The notes below the pieces were generated by a model that saw only the letters and a list, made by a program, of their open reading frames with translations, searched no databases and had not been told where the DNA came from. The translations under genes and the position numbers were made by a program. A DNA stretch of 64,000 nt from NCBI GenBank assembly GCA_963717145.1, contig OY970325.1, positions 3,360,001 through 3,424,000 on the forward strand, read 5' to 3'. This DNA is from an uncultured Armatimonadetes bacterium. Its GTDB lineage: Bacteria; Armatimonadota; UBA5829; DTJY01. Below, one piece after another: positions 1 to 9,619 of this stretch (positions are counted from its first letter, which is position 1; every line of letters starts with the position of its first letter).

Positions 1-1202
1 GGCTGCCGATCCTGGGGTTCCTCAGTCAAAAGGGCGAGCAGATCATCAAGGGTCTGCCCCAGAAACTCATCGACCGCCTCAGGGCGGTCGATGCCGCAGG
101 GGAACACCAGCCGTGCCCGCTCCACGTGAGCATCACGCTGATCGACCCGGAGGCGGTGAAGACCGTCGCCCTGGAGATGCTGCGAGAGAGCGGCGTCGAT
201 GTGATGCTCGACTCGACGTGCGCCGGTGTCGTCATGGATGGAGACAAGCTGACGGGCATCGTCACCGAGGGCAAGGCGGGGCGACAGACGATCACGGCGA
301 AGGTCATCATCGACTGCACCGGTGACGGCGAAGTGGCGTTCCGAGCGGGCGTCCCGTGCGAGAAGGGCGACGAGCGCGGTGGGATGCAGCCGCCGACCCT
401 GATGTTCTCCATGGCCGGCGTCGATACCGACAGGCTTCGGATGAGTATCTGCAACCAGCCTCAGACCTACGATGTCGATTTTATCCCGCCGGACTACTTC
501 TGTCGGAACCGCCGGTTCATCGTCGTCGGGCTGAGGAAGCTCATCGAGAAAGCCCGGGATGCGGGCCTCTCGATCCCGACCGAGCGGACGATCCTCATCA
601 CCGGACTGCGAGACGGCGAGGTCTGGGTGAACATGACGCGCGTGAAAGGCGTTGACGGCACGGACCCGAGCAGTCTATCAGCCGGCGAGGTCGAAGCCGC
701 CGGACAGATCGAAGACATTCGAAAGTACCTGATCGAGTACGTGCCCGGCTTCGAGAAGGCTCACCTCGCCCGGACCGCGCCATTCCTGGGTATCCGCGAA
801 ACGAGGAGGATCGTCGGCCGGTACGTGATGACGAGGGACGACATCCTCGAGTGCCGCCGATTCGATGATGCGATCGCGGTCGGCAGCTACCCCATTGACC
901 TCCACAGTCCGAACGATCAGGACGGCCTGTTAGAGTGGTGCGGCGACTGTTACGACATCCCCTATCGCTCGCTCGTTCCCCAGCGCGTGGAGAACCTGCT
1001 CGTCGCCGGGAGGTGCATCTCGACGACGCATGAGGCGATGGCGGCGATCAGGGTGATGTCGACTTGCATGGCGATGGGAGAGGCCGCCGGTCGCGCCGCG
1101 GGAATGGCTGTCCGTAAGGGAGTCGCCCCATCTTGCATCGACGTGGATGCGCTCCGAGAGGAACTCATCACTCGCGGGGCATATCTTCGACCCGAGCCGT
1201 AG
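1..1202 (+). CDS. FAD-dependent oxidoreductase (FAD_oxidored family), 5' end outside window
   Basis: Frame of ORF 126..1202 is open back to the window start; motifs IDCTGDG, GIRETRRI, YDIPYRSL and AGRCIS are typical of this family. Confidence 0.85.
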   Translation, partial: LPILGFLSQKGEQIIKGLPQKLIDRLRAVDAAGEHQPCPLHVSITLIDPEAVKTVALEMLRESGVDVMLDSTCAGVVMDGDKLTGIVTEGKAGRQTITAKVIIDCTGDGEVAFRAGVPCEKGDERGGMQPPTLMFSMAGVDTDRLRMSICNQPQTYDVDFIPPDYFCRNRRFIVVGLRKLIEKARDAGLSIPTERTILITGLRDGEVWVNMTRVKGVDGTDPSSLSAGEVEAAGQIEDIRKYLIEYVPGFEKAHLARTAPFLGIRETRRIVGRYVMTRDDILECRRFDDAIAVGSYPIDLHSPNDQDGLLEWCGDCYDIPYRSLVPQRVENLLVAGRCISTTHEAMAAIRVMSTCMAMGEAAGRAAGMAVRKGVAPSCIDVDALREELITRGAYLRPEP

Positions 1203-1272
1203 TGGCCGTGCCTCTGTGCCGGCCAGACATGGCACTCGGGGATGGCCGGCACAGAGGCACGGCCACTACGGC
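1196..1272. repeat. GTAG-type REP pair (30-bp perfect inverted repeat)
   Basis: Arms gccgtagtggccgtgcctctgtgccggcca 1196-1225 and its reverse complement 1243-1272; contains the TAG stops of both convergent genes. Confidence 0.85.
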
Positions 1273-2072
1273 GCCACACGATCCTGCAGCAGACGTGCCG
1301 CATTCCCACCGAGCACGGCGGCGATCTCATCATCGGTGAGGTCGAGGGCGCGAATCCCGGCGACCTCGGTGGACTGATCGGTCCAGGGGGAGTCCGTGGC
1401 GAAGAGGATCTTGTCGATGCCGTGAGCGCGCATGAGAACGGTCATCGCTTCCGGCCCCATGTCCGCCAGCGAGTATGACGAGTCGAAGCAGAGATTCCGG
1501 CCCGCGAGGTAGCGCTCGACGTCCTCCCAGCACTTGTATCCCCCCATGTGCGCCGCGATCACCGTCAGGTCCGGGACGGCATCCAATGCGCGGGCCAGGC
1601 GATCGGGCGAGCAGTGTACGGGAGGCGGCAGACCGATATCCACCCCTGCATGGAAGAGCACAATGAGGCCCGCGTCGGCCAGCATCCGATACATGGGAAT
1701 CACTTCGGGCGCATCCACAAAGAACTCCTGGTAGTCCGGGTGGAACTTCACGCCCGCGATCCCATCGGCCACAAGGCGATCGATCTCGGCCTGCATATCG
1801 TCCTGAAGCGGATGAAGCGTCCCAAAGCAGGTCAGCTCCGGGTACTGCTTGTTGACCCCGGCGGCCCAATTGTTGATGCTCCTCACCTGACTCGGCTTGG
1901 TCGCGATCGGCATGATGGCCGAGCGGTCGATCCCGGCGGCCCGCATCGAGGCGATCAGCCCGGCGCAGGTGCCGTCGGTCTGCGGGGGGACATCGCAGCC
2001 GTCGGAGAGCAGTTGGAGAGCGCGTGGGGCCAGCTCGTCCGGGAATGCGTGTGTGTGAATGTCGATGATCAT
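1266..2072 (-). CDS. Amidohydrolase family protein (Amidohydro_2)
   Basis: DIHTH metal motif, KFHP, AHMGG, LFATDSPW. Confidence 0.85.
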   Translation of the reverse strand: MIIDIHTHAFPDELAPRALQLLSDGCDVPPQTDGTCAGLIASMRAAGIDRSAIMPIATKPSQVRSINNWAAGVNKQYPELTCFGTLHPLQDDMQAEIDRLVADGIAGVKFHPDYQEFFVDAPEVIPMYRMLADAGLIVLFHAGVDIGLPPPVHCSPDRLARALDAVPDLTVIAAHMGGYKCWEDVERYLAGRNLCFDSSYSLADMGPEAMTVLMRAHGIDKILFATDSPWTDQSTEVAGIRALDLTDDEIAAVLGGNAARLLQDRVAP

Positions 2073-2106
2073 GGAAGTGTCACCTCGCCTGGTATGCGGT
2101 CAATAC

Positions 2107-2136
2107 ATTATAGCGAGGAATCACGAGAGAAGGCAA
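2107..2136 (-). promoter_or_regulatory. Putative sigma70 promoter of the amidohydrolase gene
   Basis: TTGCCT-18-TATAAT on the minus strand. Confidence 0.5.
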
Positions 2137-2145
2137 CGGTGTATT

Positions 2146-2250
2146 GCGCGATGCTTCGGTAGCAGAGGCCCGGCGGCGCTACCGAAGCACCATGGCTGAT
2201 GGTCCATGCTTCGGCAGCGCCGCCGGGCCTCTGCTACCGAAGCATCGCGC
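2146..2250. repeat. REPIN-like palindrome, family tgcttcggYagc...gctRccgaagca
   Basis: ~44-bp arms, each internally palindromic; near-identical copy at 47987-48086. Confidence 0.85.
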
Positions 2251-4902
2251 TCAAAACCGTCCAAGGGCCTGCGCCAGATCGATGCCCGGACCCAGGACCG
2301 GCGTGAAGAGGTCGCCCACCTTGTCGAGCCGCTTGCGGATCGTTCGGATCGTGAACTTCGTCGGATCGAGCCCCGCTTTGACTTCCTCCCATTTCAGTGG
2401 AGTTGATACCGTCGCGCCGGGTCGCGGCCGAACGCAGTACGCGGCGGCGAGCGTCTGTCCGCGGCTGTTCTGCAGGTAGTCGAGGTAGACCTTCCCCTGG
2501 CGCTTGGCCGGATGGCGCTCGACGCTCGTGGTCTCGGGAAGCTTCTGGTTCGCCAGGTGAGCGATGATCTTGGTGAAATCCCGCGCCTGCTCGTAGGTAT
2601 ACTTCGCGCCGAGTGGGATATAGATGTGCAACCCGGTCGCGCCGGAAGTCTTGGGGCAGCTTTGGACGCCCGCGCTCTTGAGTATGCGATGAACCGCCTG
2701 CGCCGCCTTGACGACCTCGCCGAATGAGATGTCCTCGGGATCGAGGTCCATGATGGCGAAATCGGGCTTGTCGGGCTGATCGGCGCGCGAGTTCCAGGGA
2801 TTCAGCTCGATGCACGCGAGATTGGCAAGGAAGACGAGCGCGGCGTCCTCCTGACAGAGCAGGTAGTCGACGTATCCTCGCTCGCCCTCTGACGGGATCT
2901 TCACGGTCGGGATCCAATCGGGGATCTGCTCGCTGTTCACATTCTTCTGATAGAAACTCTCGCCGTCGATGCCGTCGGGATGCCGATTGAGCGACTCGGG
3001 CCGGTCCTTGAGGTAAGGCAGAATGAAGGGGGCGATCTCCCGGTAGTAGTCGATCAGGTCGCCCTTGGTGTAGCCGTCCTCGGGCCAGAAGACCTTGTCG
3101 AGGTTCGTAAGCCTGAGCTTGTGCCCGCCGATCTCGATCTCCATGTCCTTCTCCTTCTTTCCCTTGGGTTTCCGGGCGAACCTGCCCTCGGATTTCGTCT
3201 CCTCGGCAGACACCCTCACCCCCGCCCCCTCTCCCTCAGAAGGGCGAGGGGAGTTCTCCCGCATTCCACTCCCCTCGCCCTTCTGAGGGAGAGGGGGCGG
3301 GGGTGAGGGTCGGTTCTCTGGAGGAGATGTCGGTTTCTCGCGGATGACCTCGCGGGGCGGCTTGTCCTCCCTCAGGCCGACGATCACCGGCTTGCGGAGG
3401 AGTCCATCCCCCGTCCACTCGGAGAACTCCACCTCGCAGACAAGCTCGGGCTCGACCCAGTGGGCCGGCATGTTCGTCTTCGGCTTCGTCTTGAACGGCG
3501 ATTCGGGTCGCTCCAGCGCCTTGAGCTTCGAATGGATCGCGACGAGGCTCTTCTCATCGAGCCCGCTTCCCGCGTGCCCGACATACACGAGGTCATCGCC
3601 GTCGTAGACTCCGAGCACGAGCGCGCCGAAGCCCGTGCGGCTCCCACGAGGCTCGGTCCAGCCGCCGATCACGAACTCCTGACGAAGCTGCGTCCGAACC
3701 TTGAGCCACTCGCGGGTCCGCTCCCCCGATCGGTACGGGCTGTCCCCCTTCTTCGCAACGATGCCTTCGAGCCCCTGCTCCCTGGCCGCACGGAAGAGCG
3801 ATTCGCCCTGGTCCATGACGTGGTCGCTCAGTTTGATCGTTGGCAGGTCGGGGAGAACCGTGTGGAGGATGTCCTTTCGCCTCAGGAGCGGCAGTTTGCG
3901 CAGATCGTGGCCCTCCAGATAGAGCAGGTCGAAGACGTAGTAGACAAGAGTTCCACTTCGGGTGCGAAGGTAGTTCTGGAGGAGCTGAAACTGCGAGACA
4001 CCTTTCTCATCCACGATCACGACCTCGCCATCGAGGATCGCCTCCAGTCCGATCTTCGGGAGCGCCTCCATGATCGATGGAAACCGGTCGTTGAAGGGCT
4101 GCAGGTTGCGCGAGTAGAGACGCACATCGCCCTGACGGACCTCCGCGATCGCGCGGTAGCCGTCCCATTTGACCTCGAATAGCCAACCCTCTCGATCGAA
4201 CGGCTCGTCGACGAGCGTCGCGAGCATCGGCTTCACGTCACGAGGCATCGGAGACTCGGGCGCGTCGGAGAGATCGACGCCCTCCAGTGCCTTGGCGGGC
4301 ATCCACGTCTCTCCGGCGGTTGACGCCTCAGCCGCGATCTCATCCATCGTCCGCCCGGAAGCTGCGGATAGGTCGTCCTTCAGAATATCGTCATCGGAGG
4401 CATCGTCATCCGCGACCTTGAAGAACAACCAGGCGTTCTCCTCTTTGCTGCGCTGCATGTGGGCGAGGACGAACCTGCCGTGCAGCTTCCTACCGTTGAG
4501 GATGAAAGCGAAATGGCCCTTTGTGAGTGCCTTGGAGATCGATTCCTCCATCTCCTCCGGCGAGCACGACTCGGGGATGCAGTAGTAGCCCTCGTCCCAT
4601 ACCATGACCGACCCGGCGCCGTATTCGCCCTCGGGAATGACTCCCTCGAAGGTCCGGTAGTCCAAAGGATGGTCCTCGACCATCACCGCCAGACGCTTCT
4701 CGTGAGGATTCGTGGACGGCCCCTTCGGGATGGCCCAACTCTTCAGGACGCCCGCGAGTTCGAGCCGGAGGTCGTAGTGCAGGTGTGACGACTTGTGCTT
4801 CTGGACGACGAATCGAAGCCGCCCGTCCGAGGTCGCCTCCCCCCCGGATGGCTCGGGCGATCGTTTGAAATCGCGTTTCTCCTTGTACTTTTCCAGGCTC
4901 AT
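2251..4902 (-). CDS. ligD: DNA ligase D (phosphoesterase-ligase-polymerase)
   Basis: HYDLRLE/SWAIPKGPS phosphoesterase motifs, EVKWDGYRA ligase motif, DLDP/KTSGATGLH polymerase motifs; start set at ATG 4902 because the longer ORF begins inside a repeat. Confidence 0.95.
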   Translation of the reverse strand: MSLEKYKEKRDFKRSPEPSGGEATSDGRLRFVVQKHKSSHLHYDLRLELAGVLKSWAIPKGPSTNPHEKRLAVMVEDHPLDYRTFEGVIPEGEYGAGSVMVWDEGYYCIPESCSPEEMEESISKALTKGHFAFILNGRKLHGRFVLAHMQRSKEENAWLFFKVADDDASDDDILKDDLSAASGRTMDEIAAEASTAGETWMPAKALEGVDLSDAPESPMPRDVKPMLATLVDEPFDREGWLFEVKWDGYRAIAEVRQGDVRLYSRNLQPFNDRFPSIMEALPKIGLEAILDGEVVIVDEKGVSQFQLLQNYLRTRSGTLVYYVFDLLYLEGHDLRKLPLLRRKDILHTVLPDLPTIKLSDHVMDQGESLFRAAREQGLEGIVAKKGDSPYRSGERTREWLKVRTQLRQEFVIGGWTEPRGSRTGFGALVLGVYDGDDLVYVGHAGSGLDEKSLVAIHSKLKALERPESPFKTKPKTNMPAHWVEPELVCEVEFSEWTGDGLLRKPVIVGLREDKPPREVIREKPTSPPENRPSPPPPLPQKGEGSGMRENSPRPSEGEGAGVRVSAEETKSEGRFARKPKGKKEKDMEIEIGGHKLRLTNLDKVFWPEDGYTKGDLIDYYREIAPFILPYLKDRPESLNRHPDGIDGESFYQKNVNSEQIPDWIPTVKIPSEGERGYVDYLLCQEDAALVFLANLACIELNPWNSRADQPDKPDFAIMDLDPEDISFGEVVKAAQAVHRILKSAGVQSCPKTSGATGLHIYIPLGAKYTYEQARDFTKIIAHLANQKLPETTSVERHPAKRQGKVYLDYLQNSRGQTLAAAYCVRPRPGATVSTPLKWEEVKAGLDPTKFTIRTIRKRLDKVGDLFTPVLGPGIDLAQALGRF
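3212..3310. repeat. Palindromic element in frame within the ligD interdomain linker
   Basis: 43-bp perfect arms 3212-3254 and 3268-3310; 99 bp in total; related intergenic copy at 26407-26498. Confidence 0.85.
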
Positions 4903-4913
4903 GGGAATCATCC

Positions 4914-5026
4914 TTTGGAGTGCGATGGCTTGACATCGCTTTGATCCGGGCAGCTCGATGCCTTCCGGGGGGCCGCCGTGTCCAGCCACGGCTCGGCAAA
5001 GCGATGTCAAGCCATCGCACTCCAAA
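4914..5026. repeat. REP-like pair, family ttYggagtgcg...cgctttg
   Basis: 30-bp perfect arms between ku and ligD; related copy at 21960-22050. Confidence 0.85.
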
Positions 5027-5029
5027 GCA

Positions 5030-5812
5030 TCACGCGGCCTTGTCGGACTTCTGCTCGAGGCTCTTCTTCAGTACCGACATGAGGTCCACGACTTCGGTGG
5101 GCTTGGGCTCCTCTCCGCGAGCAACGGGCACTCTGCCCTGAGACTTCTCCTCGATGACCCTTTTCAACTCGGTCGTGTACCGATCGGTGTACTTCTCGGG
5201 CTTGAAATGGTCCGTCAGCTTGTCGATCAGCGCCAGGGCGAGTTCGATCTCCTTCTCTTTGGCCTCCCCCGATTCGGGCAGCTTGAGGCCCTCGGGCTCT
5301 CTGATCTCGGACTGATACCTCAACTGGTTCAGGACGAGCAGGTCGCCCGACGGCTTGACCGCCGCGATATGCTCGCGGTTCCTCAAGACGAACCGGGCGA
5401 TTCCCACCTTGCCCGACTTGCGGAGAGCTTCCCTGAGCAGCGCATACGGCTTGGCGGCTCCTTTGTCCGGCTCGAGGTAATACGGCTTGTCGAAGTAGAT
5501 GTCGTCGATCTCCGTCTCCTCGACGAAGTCCTCGATCTCGATCGAGTGCGTGAGCGTGACGTCCGCCCGCTGGAAATCGTCGTCCGTCATAACGACGTAC
5601 TGCCCGTCCTCGTATTCGTAGCCCTTGACGATCTCCTCGTTGGGGACTTCCTCACCCTCGACCTTACAGACCTTGGCGTAGCGGATTGGGGACATATCCT
5701 TCTCGTGCAGCAGATCGAACTCGAGCTTCGCCTCGCCGCCTACTGCACTGTAGAGTCTCACGGGAATATTTACGAGTCCGAAGCTGATGGACCCGGACCA
5801 CATGGCTCGCAT
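5030..5812 (-). CDS. ku: NHEJ protein Ku
   Basis: MRAMWSGSISFGLVNIPV N-terminus; directly upstream of ligD. Confidence 0.95.
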   Translation of the reverse strand: MRAMWSGSISFGLVNIPVRLYSAVGGEAKLEFDLLHEKDMSPIRYAKVCKVEGEEVPNEEIVKGYEYEDGQYVVMTDDDFQRADVTLTHSIEIEDFVEETEIDDIYFDKPYYLEPDKGAAKPYALLREALRKSGKVGIARFVLRNREHIAAVKPSGDLLVLNQLRYQSEIREPEGLKLPESGEAKEKEIELALALIDKLTDHFKPEKYTDRYTTELKRVIEEKSQGRVPVARGEEPKPTEVVDLMSVLKKSLEQKSDKAA

Positions 5813-5949
5813 GGCAACCTCCTTGCCGTGACTACCACGGCGCGTATCAGGTGATACCCCTGGCGCGGATGAGTGAAAACATGAGGTTGGACGCTTGCTG
5901 TCATTCTGAGCACGTTACTGCACTGCATGCAGTTGTTTCCGTGAGAAAC

Positions 5950-6066
5950 CACCGTCAGTCCTGAGTGCGCCGGTGAATGACGGCGTGTAACGAAGGACGG
6001 CCTTGTGGCACCGAGCCGTCCTTCGTTACACGCCGTCATTCACCGGCGCACTCAGGACTGACGGTG
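5950..6066. repeat. 52-bp perfect inverted repeat
   Basis: Arms 5950-6001 and 6015-6066; gtcagtcctgag start resembles the gtcattctgagc repeat family. Confidence 0.85.
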
Positions 6067-6099
6067 AGGCTTTCTTGGGAACGAAAGCGAGAATGTGAA

Positions 6100-6738
6100 C
6101 TACGGGAGGCCGGGGCCGTTGGTGCATATGCTCAGAGCGGGGGTCTGCCTGGGGGTGATTTCGCCTGTGAGATCGGCGACCGCTTTGTCGGCCTCCTGCA
6201 AGGCCCGAAGGAACGACCGCGCGTTGTCCTGGGGGACGTCCGCCAGACAGCGGGCGCAGTATGTCCGCTCGCCCATGAGCGCCCGCCGCTTATCGTAGAA
6301 AGACACGACGATCGGGAACGGCTCGGGCGACCCACAGAGGCGGCATTTCGAGATCGGCCGGACGGTGCTCCCGGTCTGATCGCAGAGGTCGACGATCATG
6401 TCGTAGAACGGCCGGTCGAAGTGCCGGTGAGTGATGACGAACGGGAAGTTCTTCCCGAGAAAGTCCTCGATCTCGTTGAGAAGCTTCTGATCGTCCTGAA
6501 GCACCTGCACCACGTAGCTCGTCAGCTTCCCACTGGAAAGCTCGACCACGGAGATGTCGGCCGAGAGCCCCTCGAAGAAGCCCGCGAGTTGCAGAGACGA
6601 GTTCGGGTCCTCGCCCTCGACGAGATAGACCGCGCGCACTCCATGAGCGCGGTGGTCCACACGGATCTCGCCAAGCCTTCGAGCGGAAGGACTGGATACC
6701 GTATTCGGTTGTCGGCTCAGGCCCTGTCTCGGAAGCAT
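6100..6738 (-). CDS. Hypothetical protein with two CxxC pairs (possible Zn-binding)
   Basis: GGAG upstream of ATG 6738; CRLC...CARC; coding-like composition. Confidence 0.65.
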   Translation of the reverse strand: MLPRQGLSRQPNTVSSPSARRLGEIRVDHRAHGVRAVYLVEGEDPNSSLQLAGFFEGLSADISVVELSSGKLTSYVVQVLQDDQKLLNEIEDFLGKNFPFVITHRHFDRPFYDMIVDLCDQTGSTVRPISKCRLCGSPEPFPIVVSFYDKRRALMGERTYCARCLADVPQDNARSFLRALQEADKAVADLTGEITPRQTPALSICTNGPGLP

Positions 6739-6767
6739 CGCCCTTCTCCAACCGATATCTCTCGCAC

Positions 6768-6835
6768 TGTCATTCTGAGCGAAGTGAAGAATCTGGCCGG
6801 TTACAGCCAGATTCTTCACTTCGCTCAGAATGACA
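6768..6835. repeat. Palindrome tgtcattctgagcgaagtgaagaatctggc
   Basis: 30-bp perfect arms; 13-bp partial copy near 5899. Confidence 0.85.
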
Positions 6836-6892
6836 AATATGCGCTTGCCGGTGCAAGCTCAGCAGTCTGCCTTTACCCGTGAGTCATTGGGG

Positions 6893-8515
6893 CTAAACAT
6901 TGCCCCTTCTGTCACCGAAGGAATGGACGCGGATCGCGGCGACCGGCTGGATCGGGCAGGCGCACTCGCAGAGCCCGCATCCCACGCACTTCTCCTCATC
7001 GACGAACGGCACCTTCCACCCATCGACGACCTTCCACACGATCGCCTTGTAGGAGCAGTATTCGTCGCACACGATGCACTGCTTGCCGGCGTTCCAGGCG
7101 ATGCACCGATCGCGGTGGACGACCGCCGTGCCGATGAAGATGTCCTTCTTGTCCTTGATCTTGAACGGCTCGATTGCGTCCGTAGGGCATACCTCGCCGC
7201 ACGCATTGCACTCCTGCGTGCAGGCCCCGATCTTCGGCACGAGGATCGGCGTCCAGATGCCTTCGATCCCGGCTTCGAACATCGCGGGCTGGACGCCGTT
7301 GGTCGGACAGGCCTTCATGCAGAGTCCGCATCGAGTACACTTGGCGACGAATTCGCTCTCAGGAACTGAGCCCGGCGGGCGAATCAGGTATTCACTGCCC
7401 AACTTCACGGACGAGCCGGCGACCGTCGGGAGCTTCCGGCCGGGATCGATCTTGGCGACGGTCACCAGTCCGAGGCCGACTCCCATCCCCTGGAGCACCC
7501 GGCGGCGCGACAGATCCAGCCTAATCTCCCTGTCGAGCACCGGTCTCGGTCGCATACGGAAGCAGATCGCGTCCTGCGGGCAGACCTCCACGCAGTCGAA
7601 GCATTCGATGCACTCCATCACGCGTGTCTGACGCGGGTTCTCGAGGATCGAGGCCATCTTGCAGTCGTGGACACACCTGCCGCAGTCGTTGCACTTGGGA
7701 CTGACCGCCCGCTTGAGCACAGGGATATGGGCCATCAACCCGAGCAGCGCGCCGAGCGGACAGAGGTTCCGGCACCAATACCGACGCGAGATGCTGTTCA
7801 GGCCGATGATCCCGGCGAAGACCGCAAGAACGAGGAACGCCTGACCGAAGTACATCTGTTCGTTCGTGATGAAATCCGAGCCGGCCATCCGGTCACTGAG
7901 CCACATGCCGGACGACGCGAGCGGTCCGAAGCTGCTCTGGGACAGCGAGTACACATGGTTGGACGCCCATCGGAGCGCCATCTGAACCGGTGCGATGAAG
8001 CCGATCACGACCGTGCGATGGAGAAGGCTGATCGGGTCGAGCAGGTAGACGTACTGCATGCTGAACAGGGCTGTAACCGCCAGTCCCGCAAGGATGTAGT
8101 ACTTGAGGCTGTGCAGCCCACGACCAAGTCGTTGGGGATGGAGTTGGACTCCGTCCCGCTGAGCTTGGCGGGGGATGGAGTCCAACTCCATCCCCAACGA
8201 CTTGGTCGCGGACCGCGTCCTGCGCTTGCGGTAGAACAGTCGGTCCGCGAGATCGAGAGTCGTCCCTAGCGGACAGATCCATCCGCAGAAGATGCGCCCG
8301 AGCACGAGGGTCATCCCGACGATGATGAGCGAGATCGCCATCCCGGGAATGATCTTCCGCGCGGCGAGCATCGCGGTACCGGCGATCAGCGGATCGAGCC
8401 GCAGGAGCAGGTCCGACGGGATGCGGTTCCACAGCGGATATGCGGTTTTTAGCACGAGGAACAGGAACAGCCCGAGGAATACTACCTGGCTGACCCGTCG
8501 GATGGTTCGTGTCAT
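6893..8515 (-). CDS. 4Fe-4S binding membrane protein (NapH/MauN-like plus MauM/NapG-like ferredoxin fusion)
   Basis: FCGWICPLG and WCRNLCPLG motifs, several CxxCxxCxxxCP clusters, TM segments; start at ATG 8515. Confidence 0.9.
   Translation of the reverse strand: MTRTIRRVSQVVFLGLFLFLVLKTAYPLWNRIPSDLLLRLDPLIAGTAMLAARKIIPGMAISLIIVGMTLVLGRIFCGWICPLGTTLDLADRLFYRKRRTRSATKSLGMELDSIPRQAQRDGVQLHPQRLGRGLHSLKYYILAGLAVTALFSMQYVYLLDPISLLHRTVVIGFIAPVQMALRWASNHVYSLSQSSFGPLASSGMWLSDRMAGSDFITNEQMYFGQAFLVLAVFAGIIGLNSISRRYWCRNLCPLGALLGLMAHIPVLKRAVSPKCNDCGRCVHDCKMASILENPRQTRVMECIECFDCVEVCPQDAICFRMRPRPVLDREIRLDLSRRRVLQGMGVGLGLVTVAKIDPGRKLPTVAGSSVKLGSEYLIRPPGSVPESEFVAKCTRCGLCMKACPTNGVQPAMFEAGIEGIWTPILVPKIGACTQECNACGEVCPTDAIEPFKIKDKKDIFIGTAVVHRDRCIAWNAGKQCIVCDEYCSYKAIVWKVVDGWKVPFVDEEKCVGCGLCECACPIQPVAAIRVHSFGDRRGNV
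8121..8208. repeat. GGAGTnnnACTCC-family palindrome in frame in the 4Fe-4S protein
   Basis: 37-bp arms with one mismatch; same core as intergenic elements at 22808-22897, 34779-34807 and 52967-52993. Confidence 0.85.
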
Positions 8516-8526
8516 GGCGAAAAACC

Positions 8527-8604
8527 GTGTGGGAGTATGGGGGTATGGGAGTGTGGGAGCAAAGCCGCCCCCACACTCCCATACCCCCATACTCCCATAC
8601 TCTC
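8527..8604. repeat. Inverted octamer tandem repeat (GGGAGTRT)n / (AYACTCCC)n
   Basis: Visible tandem units; copies at 9538, 20612 and 32975. Confidence 0.85.
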
Positions 8605-9522
8605 CTACACTTTCTTCTGCGTGACCTTTGCGAGGTCGATCTGGCCGAGGCCGAGCTTCGATGCGGCAACTATGTGCCCCACGCGCTTCGGGTCCTTCCC
8701 GAGCAGCTTGCACGCATAGGCGTCGATCGCCACAGGATCGGTCGATGCGACGATGTGGCCGACGTCCTTCGTTTCGCCGGGGCCTTTCGGGCCGCGGGTC
8801 ATCAGCACCCGGATACCGTCGAGGATGATCAGGTCGGCCTTCACCGCCGATGCGTAGTCGGCGATGCACTGATCGAGTCCCTTGCGGTGCCAGTTCTGGC
8901 GGTCCCAGTTCAGGCCCATCAGGTTCTTCATGCTCGCGGTCATACCGGTCGAGCCGTGAACCTTCGCGATGGGAACGTTGATGAAGCAGTCGGCGTCGAG
9001 GACCTCCCGCATGCACTCATCCGCCTTCAAGAGCTTGCCCTTCGGGATCGAGACGCGCTTGTACCCCGTCCTGTTGTGGCCGGACACCAATCTGGCCTTG
9101 GTGGCGGCGCAGACTTTCTTGACGCCGCTCAGTTCGAACGCCGTCTGCCAGTCATCGCACGTGTGATCCACAATCGTGATGCGGCTTGCGCCGGCCTGCT
9201 TGCAGAGCTTGATGACGGCTGTCAGGACCTCGGGATTCGTATTCGCCGCCTGCCCGGGACTGCGCGCCCAGGCGATATTCGGCTTGATGGCGACGGAACT
9301 GCCCTTCTTGACGAACTTGCCCATCCCGCCGAGACCGTCGACCGCCTTCTTGACCCTGGCCTCGATGCTTCCGTTCCAGGCGATCGTCATGATCGGTCCG
9401 GCGGCCTCGGCTTCCTCGAGGAAGCCGAGCATCTCGTCGCCGACGAGCGTCAGTCCGTATGTCGCCGCACTTACTATGCCTGCCCGCCGCAGAAACTCGC
9501 GCCGGGTGAACTTGTCTGTCAT
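8605..9522 (-). CDS. DUF362 domain protein with Tat signal
   Basis: TRREFL signal; IKPN, TNPEV, INVPIAKVH, MKNLMG and DPVAID motifs. Confidence 0.9.
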   Translation of the reverse strand: MTDKFTRREFLRRAGIVSAATYGLTLVGDEMLGFLEEAEAAGPIMTIAWNGSIEARVKKAVDGLGGMGKFVKKGSSVAIKPNIAWARSPGQAANTNPEVLTAVIKLCKQAGASRITIVDHTCDDWQTAFELSGVKKVCAATKARLVSGHNRTGYKRVSIPKGKLLKADECMREVLDADCFINVPIAKVHGSTGMTASMKNLMGLNWDRQNWHRKGLDQCIADYASAVKADLIILDGIRVLMTRGPKGPGETKDVGHIVASTDPVAIDAYACKLLGKDPKRVGHIVAASKLGLGQIDLAKVTQKKV

Positions 9523-9537
9523 TGTAACCTCCTGGGG

Positions 9538-9615
9538 GAGAGTATGGGAGTGTGGGAGTATGGGAGTGTCGGAGTCCGAACTCCCATACTCCCATACTCC
9601 CACACCCCCATACTC
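9538..9615. repeat. Inverted octamer tandem repeat
   Basis: gagagtatgggagtgtgggagt ... actcccatactcccacac. Confidence 0.85.
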
Positions 9616-9619
9616 CGCT

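Noticed and set aside
4903-5025. N-terminal extensions given by the ORF track for ligD, rsmA, the DUF362 genes, the 4Fe-4S protein and 18584..20701
   Set aside because: They are translations of intergenic repeats or neighbouring genes upstream of better-supported starts
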